Assembly: GCF_004010195.1 (NCBI RefSeq) | Contig: NC_057718.1 | Span: 98,841,794-98,905,793, forward strand | Source: Chiloscyllium plagiosum | Taxonomy: Eukaryota | Direction: 5' to 3' | DNA: 64,000 nt | Part shown: positions 13,429-27,770 of the stretch, one piece after another | Layout: each line of letters starts with the position of its first letter | How positions within the stretch are numbered: the stretch's first letter is position 1 | Notes under the pieces: model-generated | Database searches by the model: none | Told to the model about the DNA's origin: nothing | Seen by the model: the letters and a program-made list of their open reading frames with translations, nothing else | Program-made: the position numbers and the translations under genes

Positions 13429-14547
13429 CACCTCTCTACTTCACTTTCTTAACAGCATAACATGTGAATCCCTTGAGGAGTCTGGCCATTGCCTGGCCAT
13501 TGAACATTCATTTATGGGATTGAAGAGACCAGGAAATTAAAGGGAAGAAAGGAAAAAAGAAAAAGAAAGTGATAATGTAGTAAACTGAAGAGATTAAATG
13601 ACAAAACGTGGGTGGTATTGGGATGGATGAAGGACAAAACATAAGCACAGTTGCTGTTTATAATGAGTTTATGTGTTTACTCAAAGCGTCATGATTTAAA
13701 AGTTTTGCGTTTTCGGCAGGAATGATATCTGCAAAATTAATTGCCGCTCGTAACAGAAACTGAGTTAAGTAAACCTTAAACCTGGATCACATAAAATTCT
13801 ATATCTTGGTCTCAAAGACAGTCATGTTTTTTTTGAGCCAAATAAGTAAAACTTGTGCATTGCAATCCTGAAATTTTTTTTATAATGACTGCAAAAATTA
13901 TTAAGTGCAAAATTTGTCATAGTCCACTTGGCTCATAGGCATGTCTCTCCATCACAGAGAGACAGTTAGTTATACATAGGTTGAGAGGCACGACTCCCCA
14001 AGCGTGGGATAAAAATAATTAACTCCACATGTTCGGGTGCAGCTGGCACTATTGTACTTTGCGTGATAAAAATGGAACTTGTTCAAAAACCCTTTGATGG
14101 CATTTTGATTCTGGTAGAGGTAGTATGCATTTATATTTACTGGAAATTCAATTTACAGCTTTTGGAAAATAATCTGATAAAATGAGGTAAGTATGCATTC
14201 AGTTTGAAATATGTTTGGATACTACACATAACATTGTGTTCTTTAGACGAATTCTACAAGAATAATAGATTTTGAGGAAGGATTATGTTGGAAGATTTAA
14301 TCTTGTTCCCATCCAACTATCCCATTTTACCCTCTCTGATTTGAATGCAAGGGATGCTGCTGGATTTAAAGTACTCAGGATTAGTGATTATAATCTTCTT
14401 ATTCTGCACATTACTCACACTGGCTGTTACGACTTTTAAATACATGTATCAGGTCATTGTCTCAGCAGTTGCAACTCATTAAGGTGCAGACCCAAGACAA
14501 GCTCTGGCTGGTCAATCAATATAGCCAATGGGCTATCCAGCATTCTT

Positions 14548-14732
14548 GGGGATGACTGGTTAGCTCAGCTGGGTGGATGGCTGGTTTGCCACACAGAGTG
14601 CTACAACAGTGTGGGTTCAATTCCTGCACTGGCTGAGGTTACCTTGAAGGACACTGCTTGCCTGAGTGCTGTGCCCCTCGTGTTAACCCACCACCAGACA
14701 TCCCTAACTAACTAGGACTATGGTGACTTTAT
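14548..14732 (+). mobile_element. Second tRNA-derived SINE family
   Basis: ggttagctcag A-box and gggttcaattcc B-box; related copies on the minus strand at ~31815-32010 and ~36310-36760. Confidence 0.7.
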
Positions 14733-15349
14733 CTCTACTCCCTTGTGCTTCAATGAACTGTCAATGCTTAACACTGACAGAAAGAGGCACTTTTGAAAAT
14801 TCTTCTCAACTCTGCTTTGGTTTGAATGGTTTATGATCACAGTGGCTGCAGGGCCTTTTGCCTACTTGCTTCTGTGTTCACCTTTCACATTAATGCTATT
14901 GTGAAATACTTTTTTGAGAACCGTGATGAAAAATATCAAACTGAAGCAGTATATTTTTCCTTTGGATCTCTGAGATGGTTGGTCTTGTCTTGGGACTTGT
15001 GTGACTTTTCAGTAAAGTTTCCATACCTACTGTCATAGGTTTCAACTGCAAGATGCCACTAAGTGATCCTGGAGACACCAGCTTATTTCCCTGGATTAGT
15101 TGACTTTGTAGAATGTGATTTTTATTACTGTAAAATTAAAAAGGATTCTTTGTCATTGCAGCACTTTTTTTTTTGTCTAACAGACTCTGTATTTTAGATA
15201 TTAGCAAAGTTCAATTCCAGGTGCGTATTTACACAGCGACTGTGAGACAATTACATTTAATTTCATTGTATTTATTTTTGAGAAATAAATTTCCTTTATA
15301 TAAGTAAACTTGGGATGTCCCTCAGTGCTTAATAACCAATACGACCACA

Positions 15350-15990
15350 CGATCACACAAATTAAGAGAGGGAGGAAGGCATTTGAAACATTGAGCTTGC
15401 TCCATCATTCAGTAAAAGCATGACTAATCTGATTGTAACCTTAATTCCACTTTCTTGCCCGTCCCCTAAACTACTTGATTCCATTGTCAATCTAAAATTA
15501 TTCTACACAAACAGAAATTCCTGTCAAAGCTCAGAAGGTCTGATAGCATCCATGGAGTGAAATCAGAGTTAACATTTTGGGTCCAGTGATCCTTCCCCAG
15601 AACTCTGACTTCCCTGCACAGATGCTGCCAGACCTGCTGAGCTTTTCCAGCAATTTCTACTTTTCTTTCTGATTGCCAACATCCACAGTTCTTTGGCTTT
15701 TAAAGCTCTGTCTACCTTCACTTGAATGATCTTCCTTCATTGATCTCTGTGCAAGAGAATGCCAAACACTAGTAGCCCTCTGAGACAAGAAATTCCTCCT
15801 CATCTCCATTTTAGATTGAATACCTCGGATGCAGAAAGTATGTCTCTCAGTTCTAGACTTCCTCACAAGATGGAACATTCAGCATCGACCCTATCAAACC
15901 CTTTCAGAACCTAATATGTTTCAATAAAATCACCTAACATTTTTCTATATCCTAATACGTTTAGGTCTAATCTACTCAACTTTTTTTCAT
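15350..15990 (-). mobile_element. Degenerate CR1 interrupted by a family E PLE-derived palindromic element (~15507-15700)
   Basis: MRRNFLSQR text; insert with inverted arms acagaaattc..gcatc / gatgctgccagacctgctgagcttttccagcaatttct. Confidence 0.7.
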
Positions 15991-16689
15991 AAGTTTATTA
16001 AAACATTTAAAATGTAATAACTGTTGTAATATAGGGATCACAACAACTAATTTGCACACAGTATGGTCCCATGAGTAATCTGCTAATCAGATTGTGTTGG
16101 TTTTTCAGAGAAATATTGGCCCAGAAACTAGACATAAACTTCTCCCTGCTCCCTTCTTCAAACAAATGTAACATTTACATCCACCCGAAAGGCCAAACAG
16201 GGCTTCAGCATAGCGACCCACCTGCAACATGGCATTTCCGACAGTGCAGTATCTCTGAGTACTCAAGTCTCTGGAGTGAAAATGGTACCCAAGACACATG
16301 TGACACAGAGGCAAGAGTGCTACCCCCTTAGCTTGACAGGAGGAGAGGCTATATGGAGAGAAACTATGAATCCATAATCAAAGAGTAACAAATTTCTCTT
16401 TGAAGGTCTGGCTTCTATTTTTCTTTCTTCTACATTACATTTAGATTGCAGAATATGCTCATCAAATGGCCCAATACCATCATTACTTGAAACAATGAGA
16501 TAATTATTTTCCTTTCTAGGTCTATCAACAAGAAATAATTTGGTCCACATTTAATGTGCATACAGCAGTAACAATGCATCAAGCTAGTGAACTTGCCTCT
16601 GGCTTCATAACTTAGTCAACATGGTCATTATTCATGGTCAATGCAAACCGAAATTCATTCCACTGCTATAATCCCTTTATCCTGACCAG

Positions 16690-16807
16690 AACAACTTGAT
16701 CGTGTGGAAGATGGCATGAACCATATCAACCAGGACATGAAGGAAGCTGAGAAAACTTTAAAAGATTTAGGGAAATGCTGTGGCCTTTTCATATGCCCTT
16801 GTAACAA
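16690..16807 (+). CDS. SNAP25: SNAP-25 mutually exclusive exon 5a (118 nt; [40 protein letters not shown])
   Basis: ccag acceptor, gtaggt donor; carries the a-type residues D58 V60 N65 H66 Q69 K79 C84 F88 I89. Confidence 0.97.
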
Positions 16808-16967
16808 GTAGGTACTGGGTGCCGGCTCTGATGTGTGGTGTCCAGCTGTCAAAGTGAATGTCTGAAGTGTTCCTTTTTTGAATTGTCTTTTTTTTCTTTT
16901 TGTCCTTTCTTTCTCATCTGCTTCATTGTGTGGGGATTTAAAAACAAAAAAAAAATCTTGTGTTTAA

Positions 16968-17090
<123 letters not shown>

Positions 17091-18014
17091 TAGGTGGTGT
17101 CCGTCTGCCTGCCTGCCTGCCTAAGCATCTGGGCATCCAAGGCTCAAAGTCAAGCCTTGCACAGCTCATCCACGCTTGGCATTAGTGGCAGGATGAGCAA
17201 TTGGCATGCAGAGAAATGATATAGTTTAAAGGCATCCATTTCATAGTGTAGACTATCCGGTCGGTATAATGCATAGAGAAATCAGGCATGCTGCAACAGA
17301 AACCCTCCACTCTCGATGTCAACTATGTAAGCAATGCCCTCGCATGCTCATTGTACAGATATCGAGCTATTAGCTTGGAGATGCTCAAACATAAATAATA
17401 GAACATTATCAGAACACACTCAGCGTGTTATCAGTTGACAGATCTATTCAAGAATGACTTATTTTATTGTGCCATGTGATGTGGGTAATAGTGTGTAATG
17501 TTTAAATGTTCAGTTGAGCAGCAATGAATGAACTGTGTTATCGCCTTTCAATTTTTAATTGAAAGTGGTCCATTCAGATTCTTAACACAACTGGATTCAT
17601 TATTGCTATGAAGTGTCATTTGTTGCTTCATGGGGAAAACAAGCAAAAATAAGAAGAATTTGGTTAATTCTACCTCCCTGAAAAGCAAAGTGCAACAAGA
17701 CACAGCCCTGAGCATAATTTCAAATCAAGTAATTTTGATGTAAATCAGTCAACAGATGCTCTTTAGTAGTCTCTATTTCGCATCATTTTGTGAAATGACA
17801 ACCTTGTTTCTCGAGCATGTTTATTATGACAGATTTATTTCATGCCTGAGTGTGTTCTTGTATGTAATGTAACAGTCTATTATTTCAGCATGCAAATTTA
17901 ACAGCAGGTAGTGATTCAGGAGCTGAGCATGTGCAGTATGCTGTAGTTAAATCAGAACGGTTTGTAACTTTCAAATGTGAATGCCTGTCATACATATGCA
18001 ACGATTGCAGCAAC

Positions 18015-18290
18015 AGAGTAAAGGGAAGATCTTTCAGAATAGAGATAAGGAGAAGCGTCTTCAGCCAGAGAGTGGTGAATCTATGGAGTTCACTGCCACA
18101 GAAGACTGTGGAGGCCAGGTCATTGAGTATATTTAAGACTGAGATAGATAGGTTCTTGAATATCATAGGAATCAAGGGTTACGGGAAGAAAGCGGGAGAA
18201 TGGAGTTGAGAAACTTATCAGCCCTGATTGAATGGCAGGGCAGACTTGATGGGCTGAATGGCCTAGTTTCTGCTCCTGTGTCTTATAGTC
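18015..18290 (+). mobile_element. CR1 3' fragment
   Basis: RRSVFSQRVVNLWSSLP..FKTEIDRFL. Confidence 0.85.
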
Positions 18291-18759
18291 TAACAAGTCA
18301 GATTTTCTCATTTTTATTTTCAAAGTTTAATCAACGCCAGTTGAAATTTGTTTTCTCTTTGTTCTACTCGCCCGTCCACACTCCCTTCGGAAATGTAGGC
18401 TCCTATTGCGATTCTGACACAGATGGGGCCCAGAGTCAAGGAAATCTGCACAGTCTGATCAAACTGGCAGTGGCGCCAGGTCCCTTCTGTGCTCAGATGC
18501 GAATCTGTGCTTCTCCCAGGCTGAGGATTAAAAACCGTCACAACCTGCTCAGTGGGAACTGAGAGAGAGCAGGCCACAAGAGAGGTAAGAACTGTGAGAG
18601 CAGAGGGGGGGGCATGAGGCACTCAACTCTGTTGCAGCCTTTGCTACCTTGGAGAGCACAACCCCAAACTCTCAGCTCTCCACCCCAATTTGTCCACCTG
18701 ACCCCACTCCCCGCCTCCCCATTTTTGACAAGCCATGACTTCAATACCCTTGAACGAAG

Positions 18760-18930
18760 ACAGAACCTCTGCAGGTCTGGCAGCATCCTCAGGAACCAGT
18801 TCTGAGCAAGGGTCACTGGACCCAGAATGTTAGTTCTGATTTCTCTCCACAATTGCTGCCAGACCTGCTGAGCTTCTCCACCAATTTCTGTTTTTGTTTC
18901 TGATTTCCAATATCCGCAGTTCTCTTGGCT
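18760..18930. mobile_element. Family E PLE-derived element with degenerate HHR
   Basis: gttctgagcaagggtcactggacccagaatgtt followed by the family E tail. Confidence 0.65.
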
Positions 18931-19145
18931 TCGACTTTTATTCAATGCTCTCAACCTGAAGGGAGAGGAGTCTCTGCTCCATAACCCTCCAGGGCTTGTG
19001 GACGTGTTGGCAGGTGTATCCTGGAAGGGTTCAGGCACATTTGGTTATAGGCCTTGTTTGCGGTCATTGCAGTTCCCTCTTGGAAGCATGAGAAATTAGT
19101 GGTGTCAGATGATTCAAAAGCACTATTTCAGCTCTGCTTGGTGAT

Positions 19146-19463
19146 GGGGTGGCACAGTGGCTAGCACTGTTGCCTCACAGTGCTAGGGACCCGGGTTCAA
19201 TTCCTGCCTTGGGTGACTGTGTGGAGTTTGCACGTTCTCCCTGTGTCTGCATGGGTTTCCTCTGGGTGTTCCGGTTTTGTCACACAAACCAAAGGTGTGC
19301 AGGTCAGGTGAGTTGGCCATGCTAAATTGCCCATAGTGTTAGATGCATTAGTCAGGGGCAAATGTAGGGTAGAGTAATGGGTCTGGGTGGGTTACTCTTT
19401 GGAGGGTCGGTGTGGACTTGTTGGGCTGAAGGGCCTGTTTCCATACTGTAGGGAATCTAATCT
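19146..19463 (+). mobile_element. HE1/V-SINE-type SINE
   Basis: Head, core and aatct tail. Confidence 0.9.
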
Positions 19464-20384
19464 GACAGGAACACTCCCCCTGACCAATGAAGAAAGGGGC
19501 CCATTTTCAAGATGTTTGTACTTCATGAACCAGTCTATTGCTGGTGGTTTATGTTTAAACAAAGCTTGTCTATTTTCGTATAAAAGCAGAGGAGGCTGCA
19601 AACACTCAGCAGGTCGGGCTCTGCCTACCGAGAGAGAAAAGCTTCAGATCTGAAGTGAAAGAAGTTACAGATATAGAGTTATAGAGGTATTAGCACGGAA
19701 ACAGACCCTTCGGTCCAACTCGTCCACGCTGACCAGATATGTCAACCCAATCTAGTCCCACCTGCCAGCACCTGGCCCATATCCCTCCAAACCCTTCATG
19801 ATGGATTTTAAACAATTCCAAAGGCAGGGAAAATGAGTGACGGGGGTGATAGAACCCAGCGGTTGGAATCTGTGAAAAGGTGGGGGGGAGATTAAACCAA
19901 AGGGAAAGAAAAGGTGAAATATGATAAACAGACAAATGGAAACTCTATTGGATTGTACAGCAGACATTCTTTGAGGTGGACATTTCTGGAAGAGAATAGC
20001 AGTGAATTGCAAAGGCTGCTATGAAAATATAGGAAGGAGGTTTTGAGAAATGCAGAGCAGGTCTGTCACTACCTATGGAGTGTATGTTTCAATGGTATGT
20101 CAGCCTCTGCACTAGTTTTAAACTTGTTGCTGAGATAAGGTTTAGTGAACATGCAGACACACCTCTGAAGCATGCTGTAACTGTGGCCTTAGCCAACGGG
20201 GACCGTTGTAGAATGTTGGACTGAGAGCTATTGTGACTGACAGCCACCCTATTGAAAGCAACGCTCCCCCCGCCCCCACCCGATTTTCTTTCTTCCTCCG
20301 TGGACATCTGAATACTGTGCATCGTATATTTAAATGGAAGTGGAAATCGTCATGGTACCCAGCCTTACAGATTGTAAGATCAGA

Positions 20385-21180
20385 GAAACATAGAAACAAA
20401 GGGGATAGGAGCAGAAGTAGGCCATACAGCCCCTTTAGCCTGCTCCACCATTCATTAAGATCATAGCTGTTCATTGGGCTCAATGTCCCAAACAGGCCCT
20501 CTCCCCATATCCCTTCATCACTTTAGCCACAACAGCCATATCTACCTCCCTCTTGAAAACATAAAATGTTTTGGCCTCAACCGCTTTCTGTGGCAGTGAA
20601 TTCCACTGACTCACCACTCTGTGGGTGAATAGATTTCTCCTCATCTCAGTCCTAAAAGTTTTACCCCTTATCCCTAAACAATTACCTCTTGTTCTGGACT
20701 CCCTCGCCATCAGGACCATCCTTCCTGCGTCTAACCTCTCCTGTCCTGTTATAGGCTTCCATGAGATAGCCCCCTTATTCTTCTAAACCCCAGGGAATAT
20801 AATTGGAACAGACACATGAATGGGCAGGGAGCAGAGGGCAGTGTCCAAGGGACACATCCTTGGAAAATAGGCGCCAGGTATAGATAAAGGATCTGGATCA
20901 GCGCAGGCTTGGAGGGCCGAAAGGCCTGTTCCTGTGCTTTAATTTTCTTTGTTCTTTGGTCTAACTGACTCAATCTCTCCTCATACATCAGCCCTGCCAT
21001 CCCAGAAATCAACTTGGTAAACTTTCGCTATGCTCCCTCTATAGATAGAATATCCTTCATCCGATAAAGGAGACCAAAACTGCACATAATATTTCATGTG
21101 TGGTCTCACCAATGCCTTGTATAATTGCAGCAAGAAATTGTTGTTCCTGTTCTTGAAACCTTTTGGTTTGCAAGCCAACA
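20385..21180 (-). mobile_element. CR1 3' portion
   Basis: LYKALVRPH..YYVQFWSP and MRRNLFTHRVV text. Confidence 0.85.
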
Positions 21181-22782
21181 AGATCTTTATTTTCTTTACT
21201 GCCAGCTCAAGAAAACCTTAAGGTCTGGCCTGATCTCATCTGAAGGGCAAAAATGCCCAGACTAAAACACCCATCACATCTCTAACATTTTCCTGTTCTG
21301 AGGGAAGGTGAAAAGCCTGAAAGTGTTAACAGTGTTTCTCCCTCCACAGATGGTGCCTGACCTGCTAAGTGTTGCCAGGATTTTGTGTAAAGACAGTCCA
21401 TTAGTTCTGAGCCGGCTCACGTATTTGATTTGATCTATTTATTTGTGTATCATGTGCCCAACAGAAGTTATCGGAACCGAGTGCTGGGTGAAGCATATAA
21501 ATAGACACCAATGTTTCACCTGGCCACTCAAGTCTACCAATGGTCAAGAACAGATAGTCACTTTGCTGTTAGATTCTACAGGGTTAAGCAGCTGGGAAAA
21601 ATCAGAAATGGCTTTAACAATGGAATGATTGGGCTGTTGTGGCACAGTGGTAGTGTCCCTGCCTCTGGCATAGGAGGCCTGCTCCAGATGTGTGACATAA
21701 TAGGTTGATGTTATAAATACCGAGATAGAATATACTTTGCTATACAATTAACACAGTACATACTGCACATCCCAGAGACCTGACACTGCAGCACTGTTAT
21801 TGTAGCTGCACGGATGAGAATGGGCCTATATATAGAGAGAAAACGTGCACTAGCTTTGCGAATCGCAATTTTTTTCAGCTTGCTATTGACTCATTTCTTT
21901 TGTTTTGCAACCCCCCAACCCCTTCCCCTTCCAATATTAGTTGATGATCAGAGATCTATTCTAATTGTGTGCTGAACAAGTCATTGGTATCCTTCCATTG
22001 ATGTTGCTTTTTCTGCTAGTGACCCGTCGGTTCATGGGCCTGCCTGAGTATGCTTTGTGCTTTCCCTTTTGTGCCTAGGGTCCAGACACAAACAAGACAC
22101 AAGGATGTGTTCAATGCTTTCCTTTCTAATCCTAATAGTTCACTGATTGCGTTACCTTTCACTCTTGCATTTGTTCCACTGTATGTGCTTCTTCAGTTTG
22201 CGTGTTCATTGGCAAAGGGGTGTACATTAGACAACGACTTATGGTTAATAAATTACAAGTACCGATATATTATTCTGAAATGTGGCCAACATTTCCAATA
22301 ACAATACAAAACTTTCAACATAACATTGGTAGATTGGGTTGGGAAAAAGTGTAAGTAAAATGGTGCTTCTGATCATACAGCTTGTGCAAGCTACTTTGAT
22401 AGCTATTGGCTACTTGCTTCATGATATTAAATACTTGTGTTATCTTTAAAGGGGAGGGAGATACTTGAAAAGAAAACTTCAAGCTCATCCTAAACTTCAC
22501 TCCAACACGACAGTCTGATTTCTGTCATGTGTTGTCCATGCTGAATTTGACAGTCTTTTATTTCTGTCTGCTAATGTTAGTGTTGTATGTCTTGTTCTGT
22601 GTAACAACCCAAAGTTTCATTAATTTCCATGTGAATAATATCGGAAACAATTATGTGGACGTTTGTGCACTGAAAAGTGTAATATGTGTTTGGTGCAATC
22701 ATGGCTACAATTTTTTTCTCAATCATATGATATATCGGTATGCTATTACTTCCTAAAATTTCCACCTGCCTGGTGCAGTTAG

Positions 22783-22989
<207 letters not shown>

Positions 22990-23284
22990 TGAGGTCAAAC
23001 TCAGAACGCATCAGACTAAAAGACATACTGTTATCTGGGGCTTTACCATGGTCCCAAGTTGAACGATGCAAAAATTTCAGTCATCAAGAGCCAAGCTTGC
23101 GAGTGAAAAAAAGCCATGGTATCGACCAATGGGGAAGACCCACCAGCTCTCCACAGGTGGATAAGATGGTTTAGAATCCATTTTGGGTGGAGTTTAATAT
23201 TACTGACCCAGGTCCAGCTCATTGCCGGAATGAAACGCACTCTCAACGGAGGTCTGGCTGATTTATGTATCTGATAGGCACTTA

Positions 23285-23662
23285 GGGGGTGACATTATAG
23301 AGGTTTATATAATCATTAAGGGCATGCATAGGATGAATAGCCAGGGATTCATTTCCCAGGGTAGAGGAGTCCAAAGTTAGAGTGAATATGTTTAAAGTGA
23401 GAGTGGAAAGGTTTAAAAGGGACCTAAGGGGCAATCGTTTCACACAGAGGGTGGTGCATGTATGGAATGAGCTGCCAGAGGAAGTGGTGGAGGCTGGTAC
23501 AATTACAACATTTAAAAGTCATCTGGATGGGTAATTGAATAGGAAGGGTTTAGAGGGACATAGTCAAATGCTGAGAAATGGGACTAGATTAATTTAGGAT
23601 ATATGGTCAGCATGGATGAGTTGGACTGACATTTCTGTGTTATACATCTCCATGAGTCTATG
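23285..23662 (+). mobile_element. CR1 (HER1-like) 3' fragment
   Basis: Colinear with ~5138-5520. Confidence 0.9.
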
Positions 23663-25176
23663 ATGGGCCTTTCCTAGAATTCAGAACTCAAGGAAGGAAA
23701 TCCTGCTTGGCCCATGCTGCCATTCACTAAACAACATTAACTAATGTTCTTCAAGGAAGGAAATGTGCCATCCTTACCTGTTCTGGCCTACATGTGACTC
23801 CCAACCCATGACATTGTGGTTGACTGTTAACTGCCCTCTGAAATGGCCTGAGCAAGTCGGTCAGTTTTAGTGGCATTTGGGGATAAACAATATATGGCGA
23901 ACTAGGCATGCCTACATCCCACAAATGACAGAAAAAAAAAAAAATAAGAGGGACCAACATAGCTGGTTTGCCTCCATCAGACATCATCGTAGGATCTCTG
24001 GAGACGTGACAGAGAGGGCAAGATGCAAGGATGGGTACCAGTTTCCTCAGTCGAGCACTAAGTGCCTTTGAAAGATGGATTTTGTCTTAAAAGCTGTGGG
24101 TGAATCCCACAGGGACTTTCTGGTTAACCTTTTGAAGACTTACACTCGCATCCTTGAGCACCACTCATTTCTGCTGAACTTCAAAATAATTAATGTCAAT
24201 TGGCTCATTAATGAGCCTGATTCCTTGTTTTGCACCACATGAAAATTTTTGAATATGTGTCCTGTTCACCAGTGTTTAAGTCATTCATATATAACAGGGA
24301 AAGCAGCGGCAAGAGCAAATCCAGCTCATTGTTACATAGCCATTTGCCTTCTTGTAGCATATTAAGTTTCATATGTTTTTACTGACTATTTTATGCTACT
24401 GTGGCTCTGTAAAATAATACCTACAATATTCACAAGAACAGCAAACTGTATAATGAAATTGGAGACCACAATCACCAAAGTGGAATTGTTCCACTTATAA
24501 AAATATTCAAATCTCTGTCACTAAATACAAAAAGTTTATATTGATTTTAGGATTGGCAAGGAGAAAATGTATGGTTCACACCAACAGGTTAAGGTGAACT
24601 GTTTTGTAACTGTGATTTGGAGATACTGGTGTTGGACTGGGGTGTACAAAGTTAAAAATTAGCATTTAGGCTGATTACTTTGGACGATGAAACGGAAAAG
24701 TCACATCAGTCTAGGAGTAAAGCTCAGATGTTTCTGTTCTTTCAAGAGTGAATCTTTTGTTCTTTATCTTGAACATAGTAACTGATAGAGTATGGTTCAT
24801 TGAGCTGTGGTAGCTCCTCCAATGTCTGACGTGGGGAACTGAGGGTGAAAATAAGGTGTACTGGCTGCAAAACAGAGCTCTCCCCTAAGGCTGGAGCTCA
24901 AGGAATTGTTAATTTTCCATGCTGGAAGAGGTGGCAGAGGCAGGGAGGGACCAGACAATGGCAGAGATTTGCTGTGAAAAGTGGGAATATTGCCTTCAAT
25001 GCATTGACAATAAGATGGTGAGGAACAGGAAAACAGGAAGCGCTGATAATGGAAGAATTAGACCCAACCTAATTCAGATGGGTCAGAGAGCTGCAAGACC
25101 CCTGGAGTATTCATGAAAGATTATTTATTTATACTGTGAGGTTCATGAGAAGTGAAGTGAAAATTGACGGGCATTA

Positions 25177-25477
25177 GAGAGTGTGTGGTGTTGGAAAAGC
25201 ACAGCAGGTCAGGCAGCATCCAAGGAGCAGGCGAATCAACATTTCAGGTATGACCCCTTCATCAGGAATATGCCTAAAGCTTATGCCTGAAATGTTGACT
25301 CTCCCTCATTCCTGATGAAGGGCTTATGCCCAAAATGTCGATTCTCCATTCCTGATGATTGGCTTATGCCAGAAATGTTGATTCTCCTGCTCCTCGGATG
25401 CTGCCTGACATGTTGTGCTTTTCCAGCACCACACTCTCGACTCTGATCACCAGCATCTGCAGTCCTCACTTTCTTCT
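25177..25477. mobile_element. Family A PLE-derived palindromic element with tandem HHR repeats
   Basis: Inverted arms; ctgatga cores at 25312 and 25352 (40-nt period) plus a minus-strand core at ~25240-25266. Confidence 0.85.
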
Positions 25478-26472
25478 GGTTTAGAATAGTCAAGGAATGA
25501 TTTTAGCTTAGAAAACATGGAGAATAAAAGCTTTTAGAAAAGATTTTAGAGGAGAATTGACTGATTTTGATTTGACTTGATTTCTTGTAGTCACATGTAC
25601 CGAAGTACAGTGAAAAGGTTTGTTTTATGAGCTATACAGGCAAATCATAACAAACAAGGACATACAGATCACAGGGTGCTTAGACAGAGCAGGACATATA
25701 AGGTTATGGCCACACAGGAGGTGTGTAAAGCAAGATCAATATTAGATTTGAAGTTATTAGAGCTCCCTTCAGCAGTCTGATAACAGCAGGGAACAAGCTG
25801 TTCTTGAACCTGTTGGTGTGTGTGTTCAAGCGACTGTATCTTCTGCCTGATGGAAGATGTTGGAAGAGAACATTACTGGGGTGGGAGAGGTCTTTGATGA
25901 TGTTGATAGCCTTTCCGTGGTAAGGAGAAGTATAAATGAAGTCCATGGATGGGAGGTTGCCTTTCGTGATGGACTGAGCTGTGCATGCAACTTTCTGTCA
26001 TTTCTTACACTCCTGGGCAGTGTATTTGCAGCAGGGGTCAGAAGCAAATATAGTTACTCTCCTGAAAAAGTGGATAGGACAGTTTAGGGAAAATACAGTT
26101 ACCTTGAGGTAAAGGTTGATCCTCTGAAATTGCCAGACCAGAGTGTTTGGTTAGAAAGCTGCAGACTATGGTAAAACTGATAAAGTTTAAGCTCTCAATT
26201 CTGTGAGTATTCATTTATAAAGCCTTCACAGTTCACAAAACAGAACTGAACAGAATCAATTAAGTTGAACCTAAAGATTTAATAAAGAAAAGTAATTTCT
26301 TTGGATTTGACTTGCTGTAAACTAATAATATTGTGGAACAAATGAAACTGTGTTTAATATCTTTCAAACTGTGCTCTACATTTCATTTACTTGTGAATTA
26401 AATATTTGCTTTGTTGTTAAAGAAAGTCTCCATTCTTGTGTACCTATCCTGCAGTGAATGACCAATATGTTA

Positions 26473-26682
26473 AAAATCACACAACACCTGGTTATAGTCC
26501 AACAGGTTTAATTGGAAGCATGCTAGCTTTCGGAGCAACGCTCCTTCATCAGGTGGTTCATCCGGGTTTCATCAGCGGCGTTCCGAAAGCTAGTGCTTCC
26601 AATTAAACCTGTTGGACTATAACCTGGTGTTGTGTGATTTTTAACTTTGTACACCCCAGTCCAACACCGGCACCTCCGAATC
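26473..26682. mobile_element. Family B PLE-derived palindromic element 250 bp upstream of exon 7
   Basis: 15-bp TSD atgaccaatatgtta / atgaccgatatgtta (26458-26472, 26683-26697); minus-strand HHR core cacCTGATGAaggagcgttgctccGAAAgcta at 26524-26555. Confidence 0.85.
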
Positions 26683-26927
26683 ATGACCGATATGTTACAT
26701 TACAAAAAAATGCATGATCTACCAAACCAGATTGCATTCTGTGATCTGATCTGTCCAGTCGTAACATGAGTTGAGACCATAATAAAGTAGAAACCACTAT
26801 TGCTGATGAGTTGAAAATTCGCCTATTCCATTCCTCTAACCAAATTTAAGAGATAAAATTGTTTTTCTGTATAGTCAGACTCAAGGAAATGATTCAAATA
26901 ATATATTTTAAAGACACTTTCTTCTGA

Positions 26928-27101
<174 letters not shown>

Positions 27102-27261
27102 TAAAGGTACTTGGCGGGGGGGGGAATATGAATTCACTTTGTAACTGGCCCTAAACTAATTCTGAACTATCAGTGTTTGTGTGTTTAAAATGCACTTTGG
27201 CTCACTCATTAAACTGTCTACTGATCTATGTTGTTTGCAATTCTGTTCCCCCTCCCATCAG

Positions 27262-27770
27262 AAGAATGCTGTGAAATTTAATAGGGTTCAGAAAAGATTA
27301 ACAAGGATGTTGTCAGGGTTGGAGGGTTTGAGGTACAGGGAGAGGCTGCATAGGCTGTGACTGTTTTCACTGGAGCATCGGAGGCTGAGGGGTGACCTTA
27401 TAGAGGTTTATAAAATAATGAGGGGCATGGATAGGGTAAATAGACAAAGCCTTTTCCCTGGGGTGGGGGAGTCCAGAACTAGATGGCATAGGTTTAGGGT
27501 GAGAGGGGAAAAATGTAAAGGTCAGCTATGGGGCAATGTTTTCATGCAGAGGGTGGTGCGTGTATGGAATGCGCTGCAAGGGGAAGTGATGGAGTCTAGT
27601 ACAATTACGACCTTTAAAGGCATCTGGATGGGTATATGAATAGGAAAGGTTTAGAGGGATATGGGCCAAGTGCTGGCAAATGGGACTGGATTAGTTTAGG
27701 GTATCTGCTCGGCATGGATGAGTTGGACCGAAGGGTCTGTTTCCGTGCTGTACATCTCTACGACTCTTTG
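27262..27770 (+). mobile_element. CR1 (HER1-like) 3' fragment
   Basis: Colinear with ~5015-5520. Confidence 0.9.

Noticed and set aside
21940..21985. Possible third decayed copy of exon 5 (gatcta...tgtgctgaacaagt)
   Set aside because: Resemblance is limited to a few nucleotides, with no recognisable SNARE or cysteine-cluster translation
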